Source: a virus (lineage: Duplodnaviria; Caudoviricetes). From it: a DNA stretch of 45,203 nucleotides. Shown here piece by piece: positions 18,981 to 28,671 of the stretch (positions are counted from its first letter, which is position 1; each line of letters opens with the position of its first letter). The position numbers and the translations under genes are program-made. The notes beneath the pieces are model-generated. The model saw only the letters and a list, made by a program, of their open reading frames with translations, did no database searches and had not been told where the DNA came from. The stretch is from positions 1 to 45,203 of the IMG/VR virus record IMGVR_UViG_3300020045_007096, one strand, 5' to 3'.

Positions 18981-19832
18981 ATGGCAGAACTACAATATGT
19001 AAAGGAATTGCTTTCAACAGCAACAGGAGTTGAAGGAAGTCTATTGATTATAAAGAAAATCTTTGATACTCTAATAGACGAAGCAGCAAAGAAATTGATT
19101 CCAAGGTCAGAAGCAGCATACTACATTGGACCCGGTGAAGTACCCGGAAGTTCAATAGATATTGACTTGATGGTGGAAAACTCTATGGATGTTAGGATTG
19201 TAGCAGAAGGTTCAGAGGTAGCTCTTGACCAAGTAAGCTATACTTCATCTAACTACAAGCCAGTTAAGTATGGTGTAGCAGTAAGAATCACAAGAGAATT
19301 GCTTGAAGACGCTAAGTGGAACATGCTACAGCATAACATAATGATTGCTGGTAGAAGATTCGCCGAAAACGAGAACGCACTTGTTATTGCAGCTTTGGAT
19401 GCAGCTTCAAACACTGTTACAGGTGGAGCAGCTATAACAATACCAAACATAACAAGGGCAATGCAATACTTGAACGATGCAGATAAAGACCCAACAACTT
19501 TCGCAGTTGGTATGGAAGTACTTAACGACCTAAGGAACATTGACACATTCGTTGATTTCCAGAAAGTCGGAAACACTGACATGCTTACAAAGGGATTCTT
19601 GGGTAACATCTTAGGTATGAACGTTGTTCAGGTATCAACAAATGCTGGTATGACAACTACAAGTTCGTATGTATTCGACAATAAGTTTGCATACGTAATC
19701 GTAGAAAAAAGACCAATGACAGTTGAGAACTTTGACCTGCCTACTTATGATATGAGTGGAGCAGCTATAACTCAAAGATTGACAGTTGGCTCTTTAAGGG
19801 CAAACGCAATAGCAAAGATAACAACTACATAA
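18981..19832 (+). CDS. HK97-fold major capsid protein
   Basis: VAEGSEV, KYGVAVRITRELLED, GNILGMNVV, C-terminal AIAKIT; GGTGA RBS. Confidence 0.92.
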   Translation: MAELQYVKELLSTATGVEGSLLIIKKIFDTLIDEAAKKLIPRSEAAYYIGPGEVPGSSIDIDLMVENSMDVRIVAEGSEVALDQVSYTSSNYKPVKYGVAVRITRELLEDAKWNMLQHNIMIAGRRFAENENALVIAALDAASNTVTGGAAITIPNITRAMQYLNDADKDPTTFAVGMEVLNDLRNIDTFVDFQKVGNTDMLTKGFLGNILGMNVVQVSTNAGMTTTSSYVFDNKFAYVIVEKRPMTVENFDLPTYDMSGAAITQRLTVGSLRANAIAKITTT

Positions 19833-19850
19833 TTGTAGTTGTATTTTTTT
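19821..19850 (+). terminator. Hairpin plus T-tract after MCP
   Basis: ACAACTACA-TAAT-TGTAGTTGT then ATTTTTTT. Confidence 0.7.
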
Positions 19851-19881
19851 ATTTTATTCAAAACGTTGAGGTGAATTCAGA

Positions 19882-20481
19882 ATGGTAGATGCAGGAACAG
19901 GACAAGCAGGACTTAAGCAATCACATGGATTATGGTCAAATAAATTACTTATAGGCGGGTCTGGTTTCGACCAAACAGCAGGTAATGTAGTAGAAATTGT
20001 AACAAGTGGAACACAGACTAACTTATGGGTTGGTGGTGGAATCTCTGGTGTTAATTTCCAAGCTACAGGCTCACTAATAGCACAAACTTATCAATTCAAT
20101 ACAACAGGAAGCCCATTTGCAGGTGGAATTGTATATCCGTTCACTACAAGAGCAGTATGTTCTGGTGGAACTTGGGTAAATCTTTCTGGAAATGCATTAG
20201 CTATGGGTTCACCGCAGATTGTAGCGTCTCCACCAGTAGGTGTAGCACTTGCTACAGCAGGAAGCAATTCAACTGTACAGACTCTTGTTTTCGGTGTCCA
20301 TCCAATGATTGCAGAAGGAACAATACTTGCAGGAGCACCTGTTAAGCATGGTGTTGGTGCACTTATGAACACTGTACTTGATGCAGGGTCTCCTTCGTTC
20401 GGAGTTGTTGGAACAGCACTAAATGGAGTTGGTTCAGAAGGTACTTGCTTGGTATTTGTTGGTAAAGGAGCATCACATTAA
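19882..20481 (+). CDS. Second decoration/cement-like virion protein
   Basis: VGVALATA, ILAGAPV, VVGTAL pattern. Confidence 0.55.
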   Translation: MVDAGTGQAGLKQSHGLWSNKLLIGGSGFDQTAGNVVEIVTSGTQTNLWVGGGISGVNFQATGSLIAQTYQFNTTGSPFAGGIVYPFTTRAVCSGGTWVNLSGNALAMGSPQIVASPPVGVALATAGSNSTVQTLVFGVHPMIAEGTILAGAPVKHGVGALMNTVLDAGSPSFGVVGTALNGVGSEGTCLVFVGKGASH

Positions 20482-20516
20482 ACCATCTACTCTAATGAGT
20501 AGATTTGAGGTGAAAA

Positions 20517-20813
20517 ATGGTTAGAATACAAAGCGTTCCCTATCTTAGTAAGATAAGCGATAGTCAAGTATGGGTAGGCAGTCCATCTGTTCCTATTAGT
20601 GGCTCGAATATGGCTGAACGTGGAGAAATGCTTATCAGTCCAGTAGCAGGTGCAGGACCGCTTTTTATAGGCGGGTCAAATGTAAGCAGATTAACTGGAA
20701 CTCCTATAGCTTTAGGTGAAAGTATTTCTATACCATTTGCAGGAAGTATCTATATCTACGGTACTGGAAGCACAACTGGCAGTGTGGATGTTCGTATAAT
20801 AGAGTTTGGGTGA
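20517..20813 (+). CDS. Small virion structural protein (putative)
   Basis: GAGGTGA RBS; LFIGGSNV...G.PIALGESISI...DVRIIE beta pattern. Confidence 0.6.
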   Translation: MVRIQSVPYLSKISDSQVWVGSPSVPISGSNMAERGEMLISPVAGAGPLFIGGSNVSRLTGTPIALGESISIPFAGSIYIYGTGSTTGSVDVRIIEFG

Positions 20814-20817
20814 TAAT

Positions 20818-20991
20818 ATGCTTGGTCGTGTCTCTGTTAAAAGAACAGGAGCTTTGATAGGTCCTAATCCTGTAATACAACTCGGTGCAGGTGGTACAGC
20901 AGTTGTCAAAGACCCAGATGGAGCTATTGTATGGTCTGTTGATACTGGTGGAAATACAAAACGTAGGGGTGGAGATTCTAAAATAACATGA
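20818..20991 (+). CDS. Small hypothetical virion protein
   Basis: GGTGA RBS; ATGA overlap with the next gene. Confidence 0.5.
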   Translation: MLGRVSVKRTGALIGPNPVIQLGAGGTAVVKDPDGAIVWSVDTGGNTKRRGGDSKIT

Positions 20992-21812
20992 AAATGAAAA
21001 ACATGTTTTGGTTAGTTTTCTTGTTTTTGTTAGCTCCTGCTGTATTAGCTGGTGGAGTTTATACTATTTTTTCTCCTGTTGGTGTCGAGCAGACTGAATT
21101 TTCAATCTCTACAACAACATCAGTTAATTTCACATGGAGCCTTAATGTAACTGATGATGCTCTTGACCCCGGAAATTCTTTGAATTGTACAGTAATGAAC
21201 ACATCTGGTAGCAGTGCAAATAATTATTCACAGTTGCTTGTATCGTTTAACGTTACAAATGGAACAATAATAAATAAATCATTGGCACTTAAAGATGGAA
21301 TAAGGTCATGGTGGTATATCAACTGCACAACGAGAGGTCTTACTGGAAATGCAAATTCTACTTATCTTACATCAACGTCAGCAGTTAATGTAGATACTAA
21401 TTACTTTAATGTTCCTCTTGGTCAGTCTCCCGGAGTAATCAATCTATCCTATGATACTGGAAGTGCAAAATTCAAAGGTCAGATAACAGCCGATAATGTA
21501 ACAATAAAAGGAACACTAACAACTGCTAACTTTACAGTAACAGGGCTTACTTCAATATCTGGAATTGTTAATGCTTTAGAAGTAAATACCACAAATCTTA
21601 CTGTTACAGGATTTGTTGATGGAAATCTCACACTTGGAACTAACTATACAAATATGGGAGTACAGGCAGCTTTCATAGCATTATATAACAATAGTGCTAC
21701 GTGGGAGACCTGCACATATTCTTATCCGCCTTATGGTCAGATAAGACTGAATCAATCTTCTGGAAGATTCCACGCATGCAACGGAACTGTTTGGGCGAGG
21801 TTAAATACATAA
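20988..21812 (+). CDS. Secreted sequon-rich protein with fibre-like C-terminus
   Basis: Signal peptide ...FLLAPAVLA; about 20 N-x-S/T by eye; C-terminal GQIRLNQSSGRFHACNGTVWARL. Confidence 0.75.
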   Translation: MKMKNMFWLVFLFLLAPAVLAGGVYTIFSPVGVEQTEFSISTTTSVNFTWSLNVTDDALDPGNSLNCTVMNTSGSSANNYSQLLVSFNVTNGTIINKSLALKDGIRSWWYINCTTRGLTGNANSTYLTSTSAVNVDTNYFNVPLGQSPGVINLSYDTGSAKFKGQITADNVTIKGTLTTANFTVTGLTSISGIVNALEVNTTNLTVTGFVDGNLTLGTNYTNMGVQAAFIALYNNSATWETCTYSYPPYGQIRLNQSSGRFHACNGTVWARLNT

Positions 21813-22180
21813 TGGCAGATGCAAAAACTATATCTGCGTATGCAAGTATTCCTTTGTTAGCTACAGTGCTTGTAATGGCTGGATTAAGCTTTGTGCCTGA
21901 ACCTTCTCACTATTGTGATAGTATAAGTAAGAAAGCATATTGTTTTGGGTTGTCTTCTGGTATAGGAACAAGATGCTATCAAGACCCAGATAAGAAGACA
22001 TATAAAAATTGTGGTGAAGGATGGAAAGTTATGCCAGAAATAGCTGTTGCAGTAGAAGCTTCCAAATTATGTGAACCTGTAGTAATTGCTTATACTGATA
22101 CAGATAAATACTTCTGTGAGGGAATAGGAAAGGAAAAGAAATGTATAAAAACTGACGATATTCTCTCTGAATTGGGGTGA
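21812..22180 (+). CDS. N-terminally anchored Cys-rich protein
   Basis: TM helix IPLLATVLVMAGLSFV, then several Cys; TAATG coupling. Confidence 0.65.
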   Translation: MADAKTISAYASIPLLATVLVMAGLSFVPEPSHYCDSISKKAYCFGLSSGIGTRCYQDPDKKTYKNCGEGWKVMPEIAVAVEASKLCEPVVIAYTDTDKYFCEGIGKEKKCIKTDDILSELG

Positions 22181-22184
22181 AATC

Positions 22185-22547
22185 ATGGCAACGTGGAGTC
22201 TCGGCAGTGCAGCAACAGAATTGTTTAATCTAATTCCTAATATTCCAACTTCTATATCAGGTACTACATTAAACAACTGCGTAGACAGAGCAAGATTAAG
22301 AATAGAAAATTACACTGGAAACACTATTTCTTCCACTGGAATTGAAGATAAATATCAGCCTGCTCTTATAAATCTTACAGCAGCTAATGTTCTTAGGTTT
22401 ATTCATTTACAAGGTGGAGATACAAGCATAGGCGATGTAAGTTTAGGAAAATCAGCGTTGGAATCTGCTCAGTTCTTTGAGACAGAAGGAATAGCAGAAT
22501 TAAGAAGGCTTGGAATGAAGACAACTTTATATAAGACTTATGGTTAA
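22185..22547 (+). CDS. Head-tail adaptor (putative)
   Basis: Size, position and RIENYTG helix motif. Confidence 0.6.
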   Translation: MATWSLGSAATELFNLIPNIPTSISGTTLNNCVDRARLRIENYTGNTISSTGIEDKYQPALINLTAANVLRFIHLQGGDTSIGDVSLGKSALESAQFFETEGIAELRRLGMKTTLYKTYG

Positions 22548-22562
22548 TGGATGGTGAATTTA

Positions 22563-22784
22563 ATGGCAGCTAAAAAAGTAACAAAAACCCCCCCTACAAA
22601 GGCAAAACTGGCAGTTCCAGAGGCTAAAACAGAAATAAAACCAGTCATTATATTATCAAACCCTCTTGCGGATATTGACATGAAACAATGCCCTAAATGC
22701 GGTTATTTGATGAAACATATTAAGGGTAATGATTTTGTTTGTGAGAATGGTCATGGTTGGAGTGGATACCCACCACCTTTATAG
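22563..22784 (+). CDS. Small zinc-ribbon protein
   Basis: CPKCG...CENGH; GGTGA RBS. Confidence 0.55.
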   Translation: MAAKKVTKTPPTKAKLAVPEAKTEIKPVIILSNPLADIDMKQCPKCGYLMKHIKGNDFVCENGHGWSGYPPPL

Positions 22785-22809
22785 ATGTTTTTACATCTTG
22801 GTGATTATA

Positions 22810-23433
22810 ATGTTTGGATTTGAAGATGCAGTAGCAGAAAAAGTTCCCATGAACTACATTGTTCTATTAGAAGATGATACATGCGACTGGATTACAGCAG
22901 ATACTGGTGCTAAAATATGTATTGGTGCAGATGGTTTTGTCAAGAAAGGTCCAGCATTTGCGAAAGGTAAGCATATTGATAATTTAGGCAGTGGAAGCGG
23001 TGGAAGTAAAAGATTAAGTCAGGCACATAGTGTCAGAAACAGTCTCCCTAAATCACATACGAAGAATCTTACTTTTGAAGTATCGAAGAAAGATGGTGCA
23101 AATACAGCAAACGGTAGGGTGCTTGGAAGATATATAGCATCAGAGAAGAAATTTGTTCTTTATAATAATTCAGAGGAGATGAATGATGAAGACCTTAAAG
23201 GAGTAGTTACACATGAGATAGGTCACCACGTATATTTCAAAAACTTATCAGTTGGAGACAGAAATAATTATGCAAAGATTTATAGGGAAGATAAGAGTTA
23301 TCCATCAGATTATGGTAAAACACACCCAGAAGAGGACTTTGCAGAAGCTTACAGGCTTTATTACACTGGTAAGGGAGATACCTTGTCAACTAAAAGAAAA
23401 GATTTTTTTGACGAAGTTGTAAACAAACTATGA
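22810..23433 (+). CDS. Zincin-type (HExxH) metallopeptidase-domain protein
   Basis: VVTHEIGHHVY and SDYGKTHPEEDFAEAY; GGTGA RBS before ATG 22810. Confidence 0.75.
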   Translation: MFGFEDAVAEKVPMNYIVLLEDDTCDWITADTGAKICIGADGFVKKGPAFAKGKHIDNLGSGSGGSKRLSQAHSVRNSLPKSHTKNLTFEVSKKDGANTANGRVLGRYIASEKKFVLYNNSEEMNDEDLKGVVTHEIGHHVYFKNLSVGDRNNYAKIYREDKSYPSDYGKTHPEEDFAEAYRLYYTGKGDTLSTKRKDFFDEVVNKL

Positions 23434-23567
23434 AAAAGAAACTATATTTAAGCAAGGACTACAAGATTGTAGATAAGAAGGAAGCTTTGTTTATAGTAAC
23501 TACCGATTTCAATGATGATGATTCAATAGAACAAGAACAGATAGAGGTTGCAGATGGTAACGACTAA
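23430..23567 (+). CDS. 45-aa acidic-tailed ORF (not in the ORF track)
   Basis: ATGA overlap; MKKKLYLSKDYKIVDKKEALFIVTTDFNDDDSIEQEQIEVADGND. Confidence 0.5.
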   Translation: MKKKLYLSKDYKIVDKKEALFIVTTDFNDDDSIEQEQIEVADGND

Positions 23568-23979
23568 TGCTACAGGAGTGCGTGATGCAGTAAATCCTAT
23601 TCTGAACTCTATTGGGACAGCATTAAGATTAAAGTATTATAATTTCACTGTAGCAGGAGCAGGTAGTTCTTATGATGATGATGTATCTCTTACGTTGTCT
23701 GGTACTGCTTGGGGTTCTGGGCTTATTATTCCAGTAGGTACACGTGGAATAGATGCTTTTCTTATGGAACAAGGAAAAATCCTTCAAGATGATAGCAAGT
23801 TTTATATCTTGGGAAACTTACAGACAAGTGGAATCATAAAGTTAGGAATAGGCAGTCCGCCAGTAAGAGAATACAGCTTAATAGACCCCGGAACTATCGG
23901 AAGGAAGTTTGGTGACACTAATATCTATAAAGTAGTTTATGGAAGGTTTTTGACAAACGGGTCTATGTTAGGTGAATGA
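23554..23979 (+). CDS. Head closure/connector protein (putative)
   Basis: Position before the gp10-like gene; beta-rich. Confidence 0.55.
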   Translation: MVTTNATGVRDAVNPILNSIGTALRLKYYNFTVAGAGSSYDDDVSLTLSGTAWGSGLIIPVGTRGIDAFLMEQGKILQDDSKFYILGNLQTSGIIKLGIGSPPVREYSLIDPGTIGRKFGDTNIYKVVYGRFLTNGSMLGE

Positions 23980-24344
23980 TGATACCAAGAATAGTGATAA
24001 GAGCACCTATAGAAAAGATTAACAGTAAAGCTGATGCAAAACTTGCTGCACTAAATGAAGGAGTACATCAATCTGGTTTTATGCTTGAAGCTGAGATAAA
24101 GTCAAGTATAGCTGGTCAAAGAGCAGAGCCAAGAAGTGTAGATACTGGGTTATTTCTTTCAAGTGTCAATACTGATGTATCTGTACCTTATCAAGCAGTA
24201 GTATACAGCAGAGTACCTTATGCTAAGTATCTTGAGTTTGGAACAAGTCGTGGAGTACCACGCAGGCATTTCTTCAATTCTGCAATGAGGATGAAATCAG
24301 CTATTGCACAGTTCATCAAAAGAAAGTTAGCAGATGTTAAATGA
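23976..24344 (+). CDS. HK97 gp10-like tail completion protein
   Basis: VDTG.F.SS, YAKYLEFGT, PRRHFF. Confidence 0.85.
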   Translation: MMIPRIVIRAPIEKINSKADAKLAALNEGVHQSGFMLEAEIKSSIAGQRAEPRSVDTGLFLSSVNTDVSVPYQAVVYSRVPYAKYLEFGTSRGVPRRHFFNSAMRMKSAIAQFIKRKLADVK

Positions 24345-24396
24345 TTATATAATCCGCTGAATAGGTTTATATACTTCTTACTTCTAAAAATATATT
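24343..24396 (+). promoter_or_regulatory. Promoter with GATTATATAATC palindrome
   Basis: Palindrome 24343-24354, TTTATATA at 24366, then AAAAATATATT. Confidence 0.8.
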
Positions 24397-24447
24397 ATGA
24401 CAGATGTTATTATCATGTGATAGTAATGTCTCCCAAGTGAGGGTTTA

Positions 24448-24903
24448 ATGCCAAGTCAAATAGGAACGAGTACATTTTTAGCGGACACAGTACTTATAAT
24501 TAGGGACGACATTCTTACAAATATCACTGACCCAATATCTGCTACAAGAGATTCTGCTCAAAAGTTTTGCATGACTTCATATCCTAAACGTTCAGTAACA
24601 TACCCAATAGTCACAGTTGTTGATAAAGGAATATCAGATTTCAGTCCTGCTGGTATGTCATCTACAGTCATCTACCAAAGGCTTTCGATAGAAGTAAGGG
24701 TCTGGGGCAGAAATGTCTTAGAAAGAGACCAGATTGCACAGGCTATTCACAATAGGTTCAGGACAGAGAGAATAACATTCTCAAAGACGCAGTTACTTCA
24801 CGATTACAGAATCTCTTCGTTGATAAATGTCGACGAGACAGGAGAGCAGGGGATAAAAAGCAAGTTATTTACAATCAGCTTTTTACAAGTATTAGGAGAA
24901 TAA
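24448..24903 (+). CDS. Tail terminator protein (putative)
   Basis: YPIVTV, IEVRVWG...ERDQIA; precedes the tail tube. Confidence 0.7.
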   Translation: MPSQIGTSTFLADTVLIIRDDILTNITDPISATRDSAQKFCMTSYPKRSVTYPIVTVVDKGISDFSPAGMSSTVIYQRLSIEVRVWGRNVLERDQIAQAIHNRFRTERITFSKTQLLHDYRISSLINVDETGEQGIKSKLFTISFLQVLGE

Positions 24904-24919
24904 ACCGAGGTGTAATGAA

Positions 24920-25942
24920 ATGGCAAGAATGATAGCAACACAGAACGCAGTAATAGGTCTTTTCGAATCAGGAACATACAGAAATGCAAGTGGTAATTTC
25001 TGGATAGGTCTTGTTCAAAGCCACAATGTCGTTCCAGTAGAAGGAATAGTCAGTGAAAGGTATATGGGTGGAAATGGTAGAGATATAGACTTAAGATTTC
25101 CAACTGGTAAAATATTCAGAGGTACTATTGTTTATCATCCTCAAGATTTCAGGATGTTGGCTTGGACAGCAGGTTCAAACGTAGATGCCGGTTCACCATC
25201 TCCTTATTCGCACGTAATTTCGACAATCAACAATGATGTAGGAACAGCTTTCACAAGTGGTCCTATGAATCCATTCTTGAGTTTTGGGATAGAAGAAAGC
25301 AACGTAGTTCCCGGAACTGGAAATAATTGGGTCAGAACAATCAAAGGTTGTATGGTCAATGATTTTGAATTGACAGGAGAACAAAATGGTGGTCCTTTGC
25401 AAGTAACTGTTAATTATATCGGAACATCAGGAGCTTGGAGTTCAGGAACACCTACATCTGTAAATGCCTTCACTTATGGAACCGGAACTATAGGTAGTAT
25501 TACAGATAGACCTTATGTTTTCTCTGATGTTCAGTTGAGTATACCATCAGGAACAGTTTACAACACTCTTACTGGATTTACTTTCAGATTAAGCAATGGA
25601 ATGTTAGAAAGGTGGTATATGGATGGAAGCAGAGATGCAGCAGCACCAATACCCAACGTTAGGTCTATAATGACAGACTTGACTTTTGATGCAGCAAGCG
25701 AGACAGCTAAGATACTTTACGAACAGTACTGGCAAGGTGGGTCTCAGTTTAACATGATACTATCAGTAAATGCTTCTGCTGGAAGTAGGGATAATGTAGC
25801 TATATTGAGCGGTTGCAGGATACTGGATAGCTTCGAGTCTGCACTTGCACTTCAAGGACCAAACCCCAATACAATCCACGTAGAATCTACATATTTCGGT
25901 GGAACTATAGCTGATTTGTTGATGAGGTATAATCCATGGTAG
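24920..25942 (+). CDS. Major tail tube protein
   Basis: ESGTY, YSHVI, SFGIE, KGCMVNDFELTG pattern; GAGGTG RBS. Confidence 0.8.
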   Translation: MARMIATQNAVIGLFESGTYRNASGNFWIGLVQSHNVVPVEGIVSERYMGGNGRDIDLRFPTGKIFRGTIVYHPQDFRMLAWTAGSNVDAGSPSPYSHVISTINNDVGTAFTSGPMNPFLSFGIEESNVVPGTGNNWVRTIKGCMVNDFELTGEQNGGPLQVTVNYIGTSGAWSSGTPTSVNAFTYGTGTIGSITDRPYVFSDVQLSIPSGTVYNTLTGFTFRLSNGMLERWYMDGSRDAAAPIPNVRSIMTDLTFDAASETAKILYEQYWQGGSQFNMILSVNASAGSRDNVAILSGCRILDSFESALALQGPNPNTIHVESTYFGGTIADLLMRYNPW

Positions 25943-25968
25943 AAGCTTCCAAATAGTGAGGTCTCTGA

Positions 25969-26958
25969 ATGGCAGATGATGATGTTTTTGCATTTATAGG
26001 TGTAGATAACGTAACGCCTGTAATAGAAAGAATCAAAGGTAGTGTTAAGTCTTTAGACAATACCATAAAGAGTTCTAATAGAACCCAAGATGATGCGTCG
26101 AAAGCGGCTGATAAATTAGCAGGTAAATTAACACATCTTGAAGGAAGATGGATTGCAAACAAGATTGGTCTTGTTGCAATGATAACTGCTTTAGTTTCTT
26201 TCTACAAATCTGCTATTGCTGCTGCACAGGCAGCAGATAGATTGAATGAAAGACTTGCTGTAAGTAATAGACTTCTTGAAGAACAGGGTAAAGGATGGAG
26301 AAAATTCAAGGAAGATTTAGGTGCAGGTCTTATTGAAATGGGTGCAGCAGTCGTTATGCTTGGTAAAATGGCAGAGGCTAATGCAAAAGTAACTCAAGAA
26401 TTGAGTAAGAACTCTGAATTTATGAAATTAAATGGTATCGAACAGCAAAGGCTAAAAGACAGAAAAATAGACGAGATTCTTGCAACACAAGAAGCTAATA
26501 GAGTTTTGGAAGAAAACAATAAAATAAGAGAAAAATACAATCAAGTTTTAATAGGTTCTTATTCTTCATTAGATAGTTTGAGAACTGCTCTTGAACAATC
26601 AGGTGCGTCTCAAGAAATGGTAAATGCAGCTATTCAGAAGTGGCTTGATTTGCAGTATCTCGCAACAAAGCCAATATATCAAGATGCTTTTATGAGACAA
26701 GCAGAAGGAGCAAAAAAAACATCAGAAGAAGTAGACAAATTGAATGAATCTTCTGATGAATATCTGGAAAAACTTAAGAAAATACAGCAACAAGCAGATA
26801 TAAGTTCAGGTAAATCCACATTTATAGGTAGAGGTGGTAATTCAGTAAGTACTTCATTTAGTAATTTTGGTAATGCTGCTAATACAGTCTTCGAAGGTAC
26901 TAAAGAAGAAAGAGATGCGGCAAATAAGGTTGAGACAAGTTCAAGTGTGCCAACATGA
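25969..26958 (+). CDS. Short tape-measure-like protein
   Basis: N-terminal GVDNVTPVIERIK, Ala-rich helical body, position after the tube. Confidence 0.6.
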   Translation: MADDDVFAFIGVDNVTPVIERIKGSVKSLDNTIKSSNRTQDDASKAADKLAGKLTHLEGRWIANKIGLVAMITALVSFYKSAIAAAQAADRLNERLAVSNRLLEEQGKGWRKFKEDLGAGLIEMGAAVVMLGKMAEANAKVTQELSKNSEFMKLNGIEQQRLKDRKIDEILATQEANRVLEENNKIREKYNQVLIGSYSSLDSLRTALEQSGASQEMVNAAIQKWLDLQYLATKPIYQDAFMRQAEGAKKTSEEVDKLNESSDEYLEKLKKIQQQADISSGKSTFIGRGGNSVSTSFSNFGNAANTVFEGTKEERDAANKVETSSSVPT

Positions 26959-27191
26959 CAACATTTCCATTTCCAATATCATTAGCAAAAGCAACAATCA
27001 AGAGTGAGTATATGAAAGTTAGAGCAACTCTTGAAAGTCAAATGGAGAAAGAGTTTATAATCAAAATAGTCCTCGATAGGCTTGGAAGAACCAAAAAGGT
27101 TAAAGTTCCGGACTATGATGCAATAGCAAGAAACAAGGCAAGGAAGAAAGCAATAGAAGAAATTGATGAAATTGTGAGGAATATGAGATAA
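26955..27191 (+). CDS. Hypothetical basic protein
   Basis: Translationally coupled on both sides. Confidence 0.6.
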   Translation: MTTFPFPISLAKATIKSEYMKVRATLESQMEKEFIIKIVLDRLGRTKKVKVPDYDAIARNKARKKAIEEIDEIVRNMR

Positions 27192-27580
27192 TGGGAGCGT
27201 TAACAAATCCAATTTTATTTGGAAGCCTGACTTTAGATGGTAGCGATGGCGGAAACTATATAAAGAGTATCAGAGCAGTTCAAGTAAACGGCAGTATAAA
27301 ACAAAGGATGAACAATCAAGTAACCATTGTTGAAGTGCCGGGAAGGGGTAAGGAATGGCAGATTTCAATAGAAGGTGAGTTAACTGGCGGTAACAGAGAC
27401 GCAGATGAAGCTACCCTCTATACTTATGACACAGGAGCAATCAGGGGTTATACTGATGGGAAGCATGATGGTAATTACATAATTGTTCCCGGAACACTGC
27501 AATTTGATTTCCAGAACAGGCTCAAGACAGCATATCCTTATAGATTAGTAATAAGACAGTACACACAGAGTTTACCATAA
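27191..27580 (+). CDS. Distal-tail (Dit)-like protein (putative)
   Basis: VEVPGR, ISIEG, YPYRLVIRQ; position after TMP. Confidence 0.55.
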   Translation: MGALTNPILFGSLTLDGSDGGNYIKSIRAVQVNGSIKQRMNNQVTIVEVPGRGKEWQISIEGELTGGNRDADEATLYTYDTGAIRGYTDGKHDGNYIIVPGTLQFDFQNRLKTAYPYRLVIRQYTQSLP

Positions 27581-28671
27581 TGGCGTATACAACTGCACAG
27601 AAGATAGGATTTGGAATGTTATTGTTGACACTTTTAGGTACTTTCAGTTTTATCGGATACAAGTACTATACTATAGATGGTAAGAACATTCCGTTCAAAG
27701 TCTTCAAAGACAGTTCCGGGTATTTGGAATTTGGAATTGAAAATGGTACTGAATACTGCTCAACTTGTGACAGATATATCTATCTTCGTTTAGCGAAAAA
27801 GGTAAACGGCTCTGCGAGTGTAGTAATCCCAAATATTGAATACAAGAAACTATTGAAAGTTGAGTTATACAAGGGAGAGACAAAAGATTTAGTTGAATTT
27901 CCATATAAAATTTATTACAAGTCAGGTAGTTCTTGGGTAGAATATCCACCAAAGACTGCTTCATTGACGTTGAGTTCTACACCTAAATACTTTAAAGTTG
28001 TTGCAGATTTACCGCAGGATACAGGGGTAAGCGGAAATGTTGGAATAAGCATAACAGTAGCAGGAAATCAAATCAATATAGAAGAAGACCCACTATGGTG
28101 GATTAATGGAAAATGGGTAAATGTATCTTGGCTATGTGATTATAAAAATAAACAGAATAATATAACTGTCATTGTATACAAAACTACAAACCATTCTCTA
28201 ACATGCCCTGCTGGAAAGACAGCAGTATTTGATAGAACTTATAAGTGGTTATATTGTTATAATGAAGTTGCACTAAATGAAAATGGAACTATGAGCCAGT
28301 CTCTTAACTTTTCCAATCCTTATGATAGGATTGATAATAGGACTATCTTTTTTAGTGTAACAGATTACCAAAACGTTACATCTTATTTAGATATAAGAAA
28401 CACTACAATATGTAACAAAGTAGGTTATATTATAGATAAAGAAGTGTTGAACTTTAGTAAGTGCGGAATAAACTGTTATGAAAATAATAATTTAGTTCAA
28501 TGTGACTTATGTGATGGTGATTCTAATTGTGATGGTATATTGCAAAGTGGGGAGTCTGGAATCAAGGTGAATATATCATCAGATGGATGGAAACAAGATT
28601 TTAGAAACAAATGGAAAGTGGATAATGGAAAGGAGTCAATCAAAAAGAAATTAAGGGATTGCAGTGAATAA
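27580..28671 (+). CDS. N-terminally membrane-anchored protein with sequon- and Cys-rich C-terminal half
   Basis: TM IGFGMLLLTLLGTFSFIGY; many N-x-S/T; DGDSNCDG. Confidence 0.75.
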   Translation: MAYTTAQKIGFGMLLLTLLGTFSFIGYKYYTIDGKNIPFKVFKDSSGYLEFGIENGTEYCSTCDRYIYLRLAKKVNGSASVVIPNIEYKKLLKVELYKGETKDLVEFPYKIYYKSGSSWVEYPPKTASLTLSSTPKYFKVVADLPQDTGVSGNVGISITVAGNQINIEEDPLWWINGKWVNVSWLCDYKNKQNNITVIVYKTTNHSLTCPAGKTAVFDRTYKWLYCYNEVALNENGTMSQSLNFSNPYDRIDNRTIFFSVTDYQNVTSYLDIRNTTICNKVGYIIDKEVLNFSKCGINCYENNNLVQCDLCDGDSNCDGILQSGESGIKVNISSDGWKQDFRNKWKVDNGKESIKKKLRDCSE

